From positions 96,831-160,830 of the forward strand of contig CAMYJW010000011.1 of the NCBI GenBank assembly GCA_947258815.1: DNA of 64,000 nt, read 5' to 3'. Below, in pieces: positions 27,197-35,335 of the stretch. This stretch comes from an uncultured Sphingomonadaceae bacterium (GTDB lineage Bacteria; Pseudomonadota; Alphaproteobacteria; Sphingomonadales; Sphingomonadaceae). The notes under the pieces were generated by a model. That model did not search any database and was not told the DNA's origin. It saw nothing but the letters and a program-made list of their open reading frames with translations. A program made the translations under genes and the position numbers. Position 1 is the stretch's first letter. Each line of letters starts with the position of its first letter.

Positions 27197-28432
27197 TCAG
27201 ATAAAGTCAGGGTGTGCGATGTTCGGTTCGATCCCGAGCAGCGATTTGCCGAGGATTTCATAACCGACATAAGGAAGGTTCGCGGTGTGCCGCATCGCGA
27301 ACAGCGAATCGCGGTAGAGCCGCTGCAGCGGGTTCGCATCCGCAAACGCGCTCGACCCGGCAAGGAACATCAGCTGATCGACGCCCTGCGAAAGCAGATC
27401 GACCGCCAGCGAACCTTCGCCTTTGGCAAGCGCGCGCTCGTCTTCCGAAAGCCGCCGTTGTTCAAGCCCTGCCTGATCGATCATGTCGCAGTGCTTCAAG
27501 GTCAGCGTGGTTGCCGCCGAAATACGGGCCGCGGCTTCGCCAATCTCTGCCTGTGCCAGCACCGCATCGGCCTGTTTTGTGTATGTCGTGTAAACGATCG
27601 GGCGGCGCTTGGAGGCTTCCATCACGCGCTCAAGAATTTCCGCCGCCGCGCCTGCAACAACCGCATGGGCCGTGGCCCGCAAAAATGGCATGAACGGCCA
27701 GAAATCCGAAGGTTCGCCAACGTGGCGCTTGCCCGGCTCGTGCCCTCCAATGCCGGTCAGCGAAACGTTGAAAAACTGCTCGGTGGGAATGAACACATCC
27801 TTGGCAACGATCGTGTCCGATCCGGTGCCCTTCATGCCCATCATGTGCCAGGTGCGTTCGATCTCATACTGCTCGCGGCGCAGATAGGCGAAGCCGTGTG
27901 CGTGAGTGCCATCGGGCAAATCCCCGGCAACCCCAAGTTGCGCCCAGCTGGCGTGATGCGAACCCGATGCATAAGGCCACCGGCCATTGACGATGAAGCC
28001 GCCGTCAACCGCAACCATGGTGCCCGGCGGATTGGCGATGCCGCAGATCACCGGATGATCATCGCCCGCGCCGAAAATCGCTTCCTGCAATGCATCGGGG
28101 CCAAGGCTGGCCACCCATGTCGTCCCGTGCAGAACGGTATAGACCCAGCCCACCGAGGGATCGGCCTTGGCCAGTTCATGGCCGACCAGCGACATGCAAC
28201 GCGCGCTGGTGCCCAGCCCGCCCCAGCGGCGCGGCGCGGCCATCGCCCAGAAACCGGCATCGCCCAGCGCCGCAAACACATCGGGATGCAAGGTTCCGTG
28301 TTCGTCGCCATAGGCGGCGTGTTTTTCAAGCAGGGGTTTCAGCTCGCGAGCGCGGCCTACCATTTCGGTTTCGGCCTGTTCGTTATAGCCCGAAAACTGG
28401 TTGTCCGACTGCGGTTTGAGTTGCGTTGCCAT
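27197..28432 (-). CDS. Acyl-CoA dehydrogenase-fold flavin-dependent monooxygenase (second copy)
   Basis: 411 aa paralog of 12997-14220 (GMKGTGSDT vs GMQGTGSDT; RHTANLPYVGYEILG vs RHIQNIPTIGYEIHG). It is the first gene of the minus-strand operon running 28432 to 21496. Confidence 0.7.
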   Translation of the reverse strand: MATQLKPQSDNQFSGYNEQAETEMVGRARELKPLLEKHAAYGDEHGTLHPDVFAALGDAGFWAMAAPRRWGGLGTSARCMSLVGHELAKADPSVGWVYTVLHGTTWVASLGPDALQEAIFGAGDDHPVICGIANPPGTMVAVDGGFIVNGRWPYASGSHHASWAQLGVAGDLPDGTHAHGFAYLRREQYEIERTWHMMGMKGTGSDTIVAKDVFIPTEQFFNVSLTGIGGHEPGKRHVGEPSDFWPFMPFLRATAHAVVAGAAAEILERVMEASKRRPIVYTTYTKQADAVLAQAEIGEAAARISAATTLTLKHCDMIDQAGLEQRRLSEDERALAKGEGSLAVDLLSQGVDQLMFLAGSSAFADANPLQRLYRDSLFAMRHTANLPYVGYEILGKSLLGIEPNIAHPDFI

Positions 28433-28741
28433 CTCGATCCTTCCTCTCAGGTTCGATACGATTTGATCGACTCATTGAATACTTATTGTCCAATGTGTCT
28501 CTTTGAGCAGATTTCGGATCGCTCGAATTTGATTCAGGTCAAGTCTGGCAAACGAACTTGTTTCCGCCCGACAGCACCGCCGGCGAATTAGTGCTTGCCC
28601 AAATGGTACGCGGTATAATAAACTACCGCTCTACAATCAGACTGCCCGTGGTTCAGTGCCCAATCGGGCGATGGAGCGATGAAACCGCGATACCGATGAT
28701 CGGTGCACATGGCAGCTTGGTTGCAGCAAGGAGAACAATCC

Positions 28742-29482
28742 GTGGATGAGGATACCAAAAGAAAGCTGGGCCTGGCGGCGGCGTGGTGTGGCCCGCTGTT
28801 CGTGGTCACCTACACCATCTTCTGGGGGATTATGGGGCACAACATCCCACCGCCAAACATGATGGGGCTGTCTCCCGAACAACTGATTTCGGAATATTAT
28901 GGCAAGTATCAGCAGGATATCCTGATCGGGATGATCGCATGCTGCGCAGCAGGCGGGTTTTACCTGATGTTCTCGTTGCAACTGGCATCAATGATGCGCG
29001 ACGAGGATGGCCAGCTGGGGCTTACGGCAATGATGGAGCTTGGCGGAGGCGTGCTGACGTCCTGGTCAGTCATCTTCTGTCCGGCCTTGTGGGCAACAGC
29101 GGCGATTTTCGCAGTCAGCAACGCCGATCCGATAACGATCAAGATGCTGCATGTCGCAACCTGGATCATCTACGATTGTACGTTCATTATCACGACGATT
29201 CAGTGCGCCGGTGTTGCGCTGTTCACGATCCTGAACAAGAAGCAGACCATGTTCCCAACGTGGGTGGGCTGGTGCGCAATGGCGACCGGAACAGTGTTTG
29301 TCGGCGTGGTGTTCATTCCGTTCGTGACCGAGGGGCCGTTCGTGGTTTCGGGTCTGTGGAATTTCTACATCGTGTTTGGCGTCTGGCTTTTGGCATTTTT
29401 CCTGCCGTACAGCTATTTCGCGATCAAGGCGCTTTCAGGGCGCCGCGATGAGATGCCGGCGCAAAGATACAGCCAGGCCTGA
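28742..29482 (+). CDS. Integral membrane protein of unknown function (about 6 predicted TM helices)
   Basis: Hydrophobic segments run throughout (LAAAWCGPLFVVTYTIFWGIMG, ILIGMIACCAAGGFYLMFSL, and others). AAGGAG RBS lies before the GTG at 28742. The listed start at 28703 lacks an RBS. Confidence 0.6.
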   Translation: MDEDTKRKLGLAAAWCGPLFVVTYTIFWGIMGHNIPPPNMMGLSPEQLISEYYGKYQQDILIGMIACCAAGGFYLMFSLQLASMMRDEDGQLGLTAMMELGGGVLTSWSVIFCPALWATAAIFAVSNADPITIKMLHVATWIIYDCTFIITTIQCAGVALFTILNKKQTMFPTWVGWCAMATGTVFVGVVFIPFVTEGPFVVSGLWNFYIVFGVWLLAFFLPYSYFAIKALSGRRDEMPAQRYSQA

Positions 29483-29622
29483 GTGCAAGAGATTGGCGCG
29501 GGGCGCGGATTTTCCGCGTCCCGTCGAGATCACACGTTTGCTCGGATTGCCAATGATGCGCCGTCTCTGATCTTTGCCTGACACCGCGCTTCAGACAGTT
29601 TGCCGAATTGAGGAGCCTTGAA

Positions 29623-30885
29623 ATGGGAACGAAAGACCTTCGCAACGAGTATCAGGAATTCAAACCGCCTCAGTCTGACGAGTGGCGCGCGAAAATCGAT
29701 ACGGAGTGGCGTGATTATCTGGAGCCGCTGAACTCGGTTGCGGACCGGCTCTCGGGCTGGCTTGAAAAGCCCGAAGATTCGCAACTGCGTCATGAATTTT
29801 ACAAGACGATCCTGCTCAACGCATCGAGCGGCTATCTCGCCTGGCTCTATGCGGATGACCAGCACCCCGATTTCTATCCTTTCATCTCGATTGCTCACAA
29901 CAGCTACGTGCCCAATCCCGACTTTGTGTACAGCCATTCACCGCTAAGCGATGACGGTGTTTACCGGATTTCCGGCTTTCGCGGCACTGTGAAAGGCGTC
30001 GATTTCCAGCTTGGCACCGGTCAGCTGATGGCGCGCGGTGTGATCGATGGCAATTTGCTAGGCGTAGCCAAAGCCAACTACGATCTTGATGACCATGCGA
30101 CCCTGGGAGACGATGGCAGCTTTGATGTTGTTCTCAGCCCCGAGCGCCCCGAAGGCTATGATGGAGACTGGTGGCACCTGCCACCCGAAACGAGCCATAT
30201 CATGGCGCGGCAGATGTCATACGACTGGCTGAACGAAGTGGACGGGCGGCTTGCGATCGAACGGCTTGACCGTCCGGCGATCAAGCCACGCCCCACGACC
30301 GAACAACTGGCCACGCAAATTCGCGGTATGCTGACGTGGACTGAATCGATCGTCGATGTCACGGCGGACTGGTCTCGCCGGTTCACCGGCCATGCCGATG
30401 TCAACAAGCTGGAATATGCAACGCCTGCCGAATTCGCGCTGTTGCAGGGGCAGCGATATGCATGGGGCCGCTTTGAACTGGCGGATGATGAAGCGCTGAT
30501 CATCGAAGCGAAAGTGCCGGACGAAGTGCGTTACTGGGGCATCGATCTGCACGATGATCTCAACATCGTTATCGACTGGATGAACCGCCAGTCATGCCTC
30601 AACGGTTTTACCAGCACGCCCGACAGCGATGGCTATGTCCGTTATGTCGTATCCGCAAAAGATCCGGGCGTCCCCAACTGGCTCGATAACGCAGGATATG
30701 GGAAGGGCATGATCTGCGCGCGCTGGCAGCGCTGTGACGAATACCCGGAACATGCGACCAAAGTGGTGAAACTTTCCGAACTGCGCGATCACCTTCCTGC
30801 CGATACGCCGGTTGTTTCCGCAGAGCAGCGCGATGCCGATATTCGCCTGCGTCGCAAGGGCCTGCAAATGCGTCGGCGCTGGTAA
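29623..30885 (+). CDS. Hypothetical protein, possibly DUF1214-like
   Basis: 420 aa. GAGGAG RBS lies 7 nt before the ATG at 29623. Segments such as NPDFVYSHSPLSDDGVYRISGFRG and RYWGIDLHDD...NWLDNAGYGKGMICARW resemble DUF1214 proteins. This is from memory only. Confidence 0.55.
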   Translation: MGTKDLRNEYQEFKPPQSDEWRAKIDTEWRDYLEPLNSVADRLSGWLEKPEDSQLRHEFYKTILLNASSGYLAWLYADDQHPDFYPFISIAHNSYVPNPDFVYSHSPLSDDGVYRISGFRGTVKGVDFQLGTGQLMARGVIDGNLLGVAKANYDLDDHATLGDDGSFDVVLSPERPEGYDGDWWHLPPETSHIMARQMSYDWLNEVDGRLAIERLDRPAIKPRPTTEQLATQIRGMLTWTESIVDVTADWSRRFTGHADVNKLEYATPAEFALLQGQRYAWGRFELADDEALIIEAKVPDEVRYWGIDLHDDLNIVIDWMNRQSCLNGFTSTPDSDGYVRYVVSAKDPGVPNWLDNAGYGKGMICARWQRCDEYPEHATKVVKLSELRDHLPADTPVVSAEQRDADIRLRRKGLQMRRRW

Positions 30886-30919
30886 TACCGCGCATAAGCG
30901 CCGGAAATCTGGTATATGT

Positions 30920-31618
30920 TCAGGGGCGCAAGGCGTGCGGTGAAAACTCTTTCGTCGCATCAAGGAACAACGCATCAACCCGTTCCTTCAGCGCCCCTTC
31001 GACTACGCCTGAGATCATCAGCAGCGTGCCATACATCGCGTGGGAATGCAGGCCTTCCACGTCCACTTCGCCGTGCACCCAGTATTCCAGCAGGCCCAGA
31101 AAGTGCGTTTCCGCAGCATGGGCCAGCATGTCGCGCTGTGCATCGGTGCGAAGAAACCGGCTGCGCGGCAGGAATTTCACAGCACTGCGCCAGTAGCTGA
31201 GCGATCGCCTCATAAACAGCGGGCGGTGAACCGGATCGTTGACCCCCAGCAGAACCTTGTAGAGCGGTTTCAGAAAATCCGGGTCGGTTGCGAACATATC
31301 AACCGCGTTCGACGTGGCGGCAATAATGGTGAGTGCGGGATTATCGGGCTGGAATTTGGAACCTTCCTCCGAGGTGACGTAATCGATTGTCCGGTCAAGA
31401 AGCGCATAGAGCAGCCCCTCTTTCGAACCGAACAGATTGTAAGGCGTGGTCGGGCTGACTTCTGACAAAGACGCCAGCCTGCGGACCGAAAAATCGGTCC
31501 CTTGCGTCTTGCGGATAAGTCGCTCCGCCGTATCGAGAATGCGTTTGCGCCGCGCAAGGGTCTGTTTTTCACGCAGTTTCACGATATTCGGCCTAACATC
31601 GAACGCGCCGGGCAGCAA
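30920..31618 (-). CDS. TetR/AcrR family transcriptional regulator
   Basis: HTH region FSVRRLASLSEVSPTTPYNLFGSKEGLL. 232 aa. It lies directly downstream of the sulfotransferase gene on the same strand. Confidence 0.85.
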   Translation of the reverse strand: MLPGAFDVRPNIVKLREKQTLARRKRILDTAERLIRKTQGTDFSVRRLASLSEVSPTTPYNLFGSKEGLLYALLDRTIDYVTSEEGSKFQPDNPALTIIAATSNAVDMFATDPDFLKPLYKVLLGVNDPVHRPLFMRRSLSYWRSAVKFLPRSRFLRTDAQRDMLAHAAETHFLGLLEYWVHGEVDVEGLHSHAMYGTLLMISGVVEGALKERVDALFLDATKEFSPHALRP

Positions 31619-31656
31619 TATCCGTTATGTTGTACTGCCCGGCGATGGAAACGCGG

Positions 31657-32937
31657 CTATTCGATCTCGTCAGGGACGCCGAAGTAGGACTGATAGCGCG
31701 CATAGGCCGCGCGCTCTGCAGTAAGATCGCCCCAGTTTTCAGGATACTGGTGTGCGGGCCTGCTCGATCTGGGATGCTGATCGAGATACTGCTGCATGCC
31801 CGCGCGGCCATTCTCGGTCATTTCGATATCGAAGTAGGCGTAGATCTTTTCCACCATTGCCATCGGATCGCCAACGAAATCGAGATACTGGATGTTCAGG
31901 ATCTGCTCTTGCGGGATCACGCCGGTTTCGATCCACCGGATCGGCATGTCGAGCAATTGCGCGCTTGCTTCGGCAGTGGTCAGCGCCTCGAACCCGTCGA
32001 TGAACGGCGTTTCACTGCGCGACCAGTGAAGCGTGCCGACCATGTTCACCATCGATGCCAGCGCCTTTACCGGATCGCGGTGCGGCCAGATGAACGATAC
32101 GTCGGGATGCACTTCGCGGATCGCGGGCATATCGGGCAGGCACAGCGGCGATTTCATGATCCAGTGGCGGCGCGGGTTTTTCCACTGGAGGTATTTCATC
32201 ACGCGCTTTTCATACTCGTAAACCGGCACCATCGATTTGTCGGCCATGTAGGCGCTGAACGAAGGCACTTGTGCGTATGTTGCCGAAATCCAGCCGGGGC
32301 TGCCGAATGTGAGACACTGGACATGCGCGCTCTCGGTGGGAACATCGGTGGAGTATTCGTGCAACGACTCCATTTCGGGCACGATCCTGTTGATCTGCCC
32401 CGCCAGCGCGCGAACCTGTTCTATCCGGGGGTCGGAAAAGTATGTGGCCTTTTCCGGCGCGGGAACCGGCATCATCAGTTCCCAAGCCCTTGGCGTGCCG
32501 TTGTTGGGATCGGCCGAAAGCAGATTTTGCAGAAATGAGGTTCCCGAGCGCCCCTGACCGACAATGTAAACGGGCCGGGATATAACTTCGTCCTCGATTT
32601 CGGGATGCCGTTTATACTGATCCTCGATCAGCAGGCGGGATTGCAGAAATGTCAGCATTTCCGAGCGGTTTGTCAGCCGCCCCAGCAGATTGAGCCCGGA
32701 CTCCTCATCGAACGACTTGCACAAGATCCGAAAGCGTTCGCGCCATTCATCGTCGCCAAAATCGTCCAGCCCGGTGTTGGCCTTCGCGGTTTCGATAAGC
32801 GAGTTCTCGTCAAGCGGAACCAGGCTCTTGATGTCCATGCACCGGCCTTCTTCGTTCACGCGGGCCACCCATTCGGGCCGGGGCTTTGGCGTAAACGCAT
32901 TGCGCCGCGCTGCCAGGGCTGGGTCTTGCTGGTTCAT
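31657..32937 (-). CDS. Sulfotransferase family protein (PAPS-dependent type)
   Basis: 5'-PSB-like loop VGQGRSGTSFLQNLL. 426 aa from MNQQDPALAARRN.... GGAGAG RBS lies before the ATG at 32937. The listed start at 33075 is an extension. Confidence 0.75.
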   Translation of the reverse strand: MNQQDPALAARRNAFTPKPRPEWVARVNEEGRCMDIKSLVPLDENSLIETAKANTGLDDFGDDEWRERFRILCKSFDEESGLNLLGRLTNRSEMLTFLQSRLLIEDQYKRHPEIEDEVISRPVYIVGQGRSGTSFLQNLLSADPNNGTPRAWELMMPVPAPEKATYFSDPRIEQVRALAGQINRIVPEMESLHEYSTDVPTESAHVQCLTFGSPGWISATYAQVPSFSAYMADKSMVPVYEYEKRVMKYLQWKNPRRHWIMKSPLCLPDMPAIREVHPDVSFIWPHRDPVKALASMVNMVGTLHWSRSETPFIDGFEALTTAEASAQLLDMPIRWIETGVIPQEQILNIQYLDFVGDPMAMVEKIYAYFDIEMTENGRAGMQQYLDQHPRSSRPAHQYPENWGDLTAERAAYARYQSYFGVPDEIE

Positions 32938-33010
32938 CTGTTCTCTCCGACGATCCCCCTTATCGCGCCTGCGACCTGTTGGCTCGTCAGACACCGGGAT
33001 TTCATTATGC

Positions 33011-33032
33011 CATGATACACCAATGTATCGTG
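33011..33032. promoter_or_regulatory. Inverted repeat CATGATACA-CCAA-TGTATCGTG (candidate TetR operator)
   Basis: The core is GATACA-N4-TGTATC (33014-33029), perfect and flanked by 2 more pairs. It lies in the divergent region between the sulfotransferase-TetR operon and the SMR gene. Confidence 0.35.
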
Positions 33033-33128
33033 AAACACCTTTCTGGAGCGGAACCGAATGCCATGTCAATGGCAATCGCTTATGTGTTAGTCATTGCGCG
33101 GCCGGACCATCCGCGCCGGGGAGCAGCC

Positions 33129-33458
33129 ATGCCGTATCTGTATCTTGCCATTGCAATCGTCGCTGAAGTTTGCGGAACATCTTTTCTGAAGCTGTCCGAT
33201 GGTTTCACGCGGGTTGTGCCTTCAACGATAACCATCGTTGGCTATGCGGTTTCGTTCTACTTTCTTTCGCTAACCCTCAGATCGTTGCCAACGGGCATCG
33301 CCTATGCGATCTGGTCTGGCGTTGGCATCGTCCTGATTTCCGCGATCGCGTGGTTCTTTCAGGGGCAAAAGCTGGATGCACCCGCGATCATCGGCATGGC
33401 GCTGATCATCGCGGGGATCACGGTGATGTACACCTTCTCGAAAACCTATACCGCCTGA
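33129..33458 (+). CDS. SMR family small multidrug/quaternary cation efflux transporter (EmrE/SugE-like)
   Basis: 109 aa with 4 TM helices and a conserved membrane Glu in TM1 (AIAIVAEVCGTSFLK). GGGGAG RBS lies before the ATG at 33129. Confidence 0.85.
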   Translation: MPYLYLAIAIVAEVCGTSFLKLSDGFTRVVPSTITIVGYAVSFYFLSLTLRSLPTGIAYAIWSGVGIVLISAIAWFFQGQKLDAPAIIGMALIIAGITVMYTFSKTYTA

Positions 33459-33473
33459 TCGGCGCCCCGGTTG

Positions 33474-34130
33474 TCACGCCGCGTCAGACGCGGCAGAGCC
33501 GGCTGCATCGGGAAACACGGTCACAGCATCGCCGGGTTTCCAGGGCGGCAGTTTCCCCATGATCGCAGCGAAAGTCTGCGAACTGAGATGGCCGTCAAGC
33601 CAAACATGCAGATGCGGCAGCGGTTGCGCATCGAACCAGCCCCTGTCGGTGGCCGCAAACTGGCGCACAAAAGGCATGATCGCCATATCGGCGATACCGG
33701 GCCGCGGGCCGCAAAGCTGTCCGCCGTCGGCCAGCCGCGCATCGAGCCGGGTAAGGAAAGTCAGGCCGTTTTGACGGTGTGCCGTTGCATCGCTGCCGTG
33801 GCGGTCCGGGTATTTATAGCGATCGAGATCATGTTTGAACCGGCCGTCGTTTTCCGCGATCAGCGCCGGATCGTCACGCGTCAGCCAGCCATGCGGATCG
33901 TTGCGACCAAGGCTCCAGCGCATAATCTCAAGGCTTTCATCAATCACCGTCCCGTCCGGCAACACAAGCACCGGCACGGTCGCCTTGGCCGATGCTTCAC
34001 GCAGCGCATCGGGCTTGGCCGAAAGCTTGACCTCGCGCAGTTCGCACGCGGTGCCGCTTGCCAGAAGCGCCAGTCTTGCCCGCATCGCATAAGGGCAACG
34101 ACGAAAACTGTAGAGTATCGGCAGTGCCAT
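33474..34130 (-). CDS. Glutathione S-transferase family protein (Cys-type, Grx2/GSTO-like N-terminal domain)
   Basis: N-terminal thioredoxin-like domain ILYSFRRCPYAMRARLAL...VPVLVLPDGTVIDESLEIMRW. 218 aa. Confidence 0.8.
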   Translation of the reverse strand: MALPILYSFRRCPYAMRARLALLASGTACELREVKLSAKPDALREASAKATVPVLVLPDGTVIDESLEIMRWSLGRNDPHGWLTRDDPALIAENDGRFKHDLDRYKYPDRHGSDATAHRQNGLTFLTRLDARLADGGQLCGPRPGIADMAIMPFVRQFAATDRGWFDAQPLPHLHVWLDGHLSSQTFAAIMGKLPPWKPGDAVTVFPDAAGSAASDAA

Positions 34131-34135
34131 CGCGC

Positions 34136-35110
34136 CTAGGCCCCGGTTTCCGAAGATTTGCCTGAAGGCATTTCCGCGCCGAGATGGGCACGGCCTTTTC
34201 GCGCCGCCAGCGTCTGCTGCAGGTGCCGCTCGCGATAGCGCGCGCGCTGTTCGTCGGTTCGCGCATCGTGGCAGGCCGGGCAGCTCACACCCTTTTCATA
34301 AAGCGGCGAAGCACAGTCCGCCTCGCTCAGCGGACGACGACAGGCATAGCACAACGCATATGTCCCCGGCGCCAGCCCATGGCCAACCGATACCCGCTGA
34401 TCGAATACAAAGCATTCGCCCTGCCAGAGGCTTTCCTCTTCGCGAACCGTCTCAAGATATTTGAGAATGCCGCCTTTCAGGTGATAGACTTCGTCCACAC
34501 CTTCTTCCTTGAGAAATGCGGTCGATTTCTCGCAGCGAATGCCGCCAGTGCAGAACATCGCGACTTTGGGTGTCTTGCCCTGCCCCAGAAGCCTGTCTCG
34601 CTCCCGCCGGAACCAGCCGGGAAACTCGCGAAAGCTGCTGGTGCGTGGATCGATCGCACCGGCAAAACTGCCGATCGCGACTTCATAATCGTTGCGCGTG
34701 TCGATCACGATCGTATCCGGATCGGAAATCAGCGCATTCCAGTCTTGCGGGGCAACATAACGCCCGACACTGGCCAGCGGATCGATATCCGGCTCCCCCA
34801 TGGTCACGATCTCTTGCTTGACGCGCACTTTCAAACGATGAAACGGCATTGCCTGGGCACCGGAAAACTTGACGTCCAGATCGGCACAGCCGGGCAACCC
34901 GCGAATATGATCAAGCGCGCGCGCAATGCCCTGATGCGTGCCCGCGATCGTCCCGTTTATGCCTTCCTTCGCCAGAAGCAGCGTGCCCCTGATGCCTTCG
35001 GCGCGGCAACATTGCTCAAGCGGCATGCGCAAGCCTGCGCAATCCTGGAAAGGCGTGAAGCGATAAAGCGCCGCCACGCAAACGGCGGAAGAGTTGCTGT
35101 TGTGATTCAT
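34136..35110 (-). CDS. trhO: Rhodanese-domain tRNA uridine(34) hydroxylase TrhO (YceA family)
   Basis: 324 aa from MNHNSNSS.... UPF0176 N-terminal domain (AALYRF...[10 protein letters not shown]). Rhodanese active loop [12 protein letters not shown]-terminal Cys-rich tail. The listed 788-aa ORF continues upstream only as antisense of the next gene. Confidence 0.85.
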   Translation of the reverse strand: MNHNSNSSAVCVAALYRFTPFQDCAGLRMPLEQCCRAEGIRGTLLLAKEGINGTIAGTHQGIARALDHIRGLPGCADLDVKFSGAQAMPFHRLKVRVKQEIVTMGEPDIDPLASVGRYVAPQDWNALISDPDTIVIDTRNDYEVAIGSFAGAIDPRTSSFREFPGWFRRERDRLLGQGKTPKVAMFCTGGIRCEKSTAFLKEEGVDEVYHLKGGILKYLETVREEESLWQGECFVFDQRVSVGHGLAPGTYALCYACRRPLSEADCASPLYEKGVSCPACHDARTDEQRARYRERHLQQTLAARKGRAHLGAEMPSGKSSETGA

Positions 35111-35335
35111 GGCAGGCCCCATAGCGCGATTTGCGGCCGATTGGCACCGCAATCCCTTGGCAATCCCTTGGCATTCTCTTGACAGGCCTGCACGTTCAAC
35201 CGCGAACACGCCCCGCAAGACCATGCATCGCGATCCCCACGATGGAACCACGAGCGAGCCTGCCCATCCAAATGCGCTGTTGCAAGTGGCGCGCGTGGCC
35301 GGATAAACCAAGGCAGCGCAACAACTGGAGTTCAT

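Noticed and set aside
27226-27250. A tRNA-like T-arm string, GGTTCGATCCCGAGC.
   Set aside because: It lies inside the C-terminal coding region of the ACAD-fold gene. No matching acceptor stem, D-arm or anticodon arm could be built from the flanking sequence.
28451-28540. Several short ATTTGAT-containing direct and inverted repeats in the AT-rich divergent region upstream of the second oxygenase operon.
   Set aside because: The matches are short (4-7 bp) and imperfect. In an AT-rich stretch they are expected by chance. Only the longer imperfect palindrome and the TATAAT are mentioned in the findings.
27086-28591. A 501-aa plus-strand ORF.
   Set aside because: It is antisense to the ACAD-fold monooxygenase (27197-28432). 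It has no motifs and an Arg/Gly/Ala-rich composition.
33033-33128. A possible guanidine riboswitch (ykkC, mini-ykkC or ykkC-III) upstream of the SMR efflux gene.
   Set aside because: SMR genes are often preceded by such riboswitches. Here there are no ACGR tetraloops on paired GC hairpins, no GGUCCGAGAG-like ykkC core and no match to the ykkC-III pseudoknot sequence. Only a generic GC hairpin near the RBS is present.
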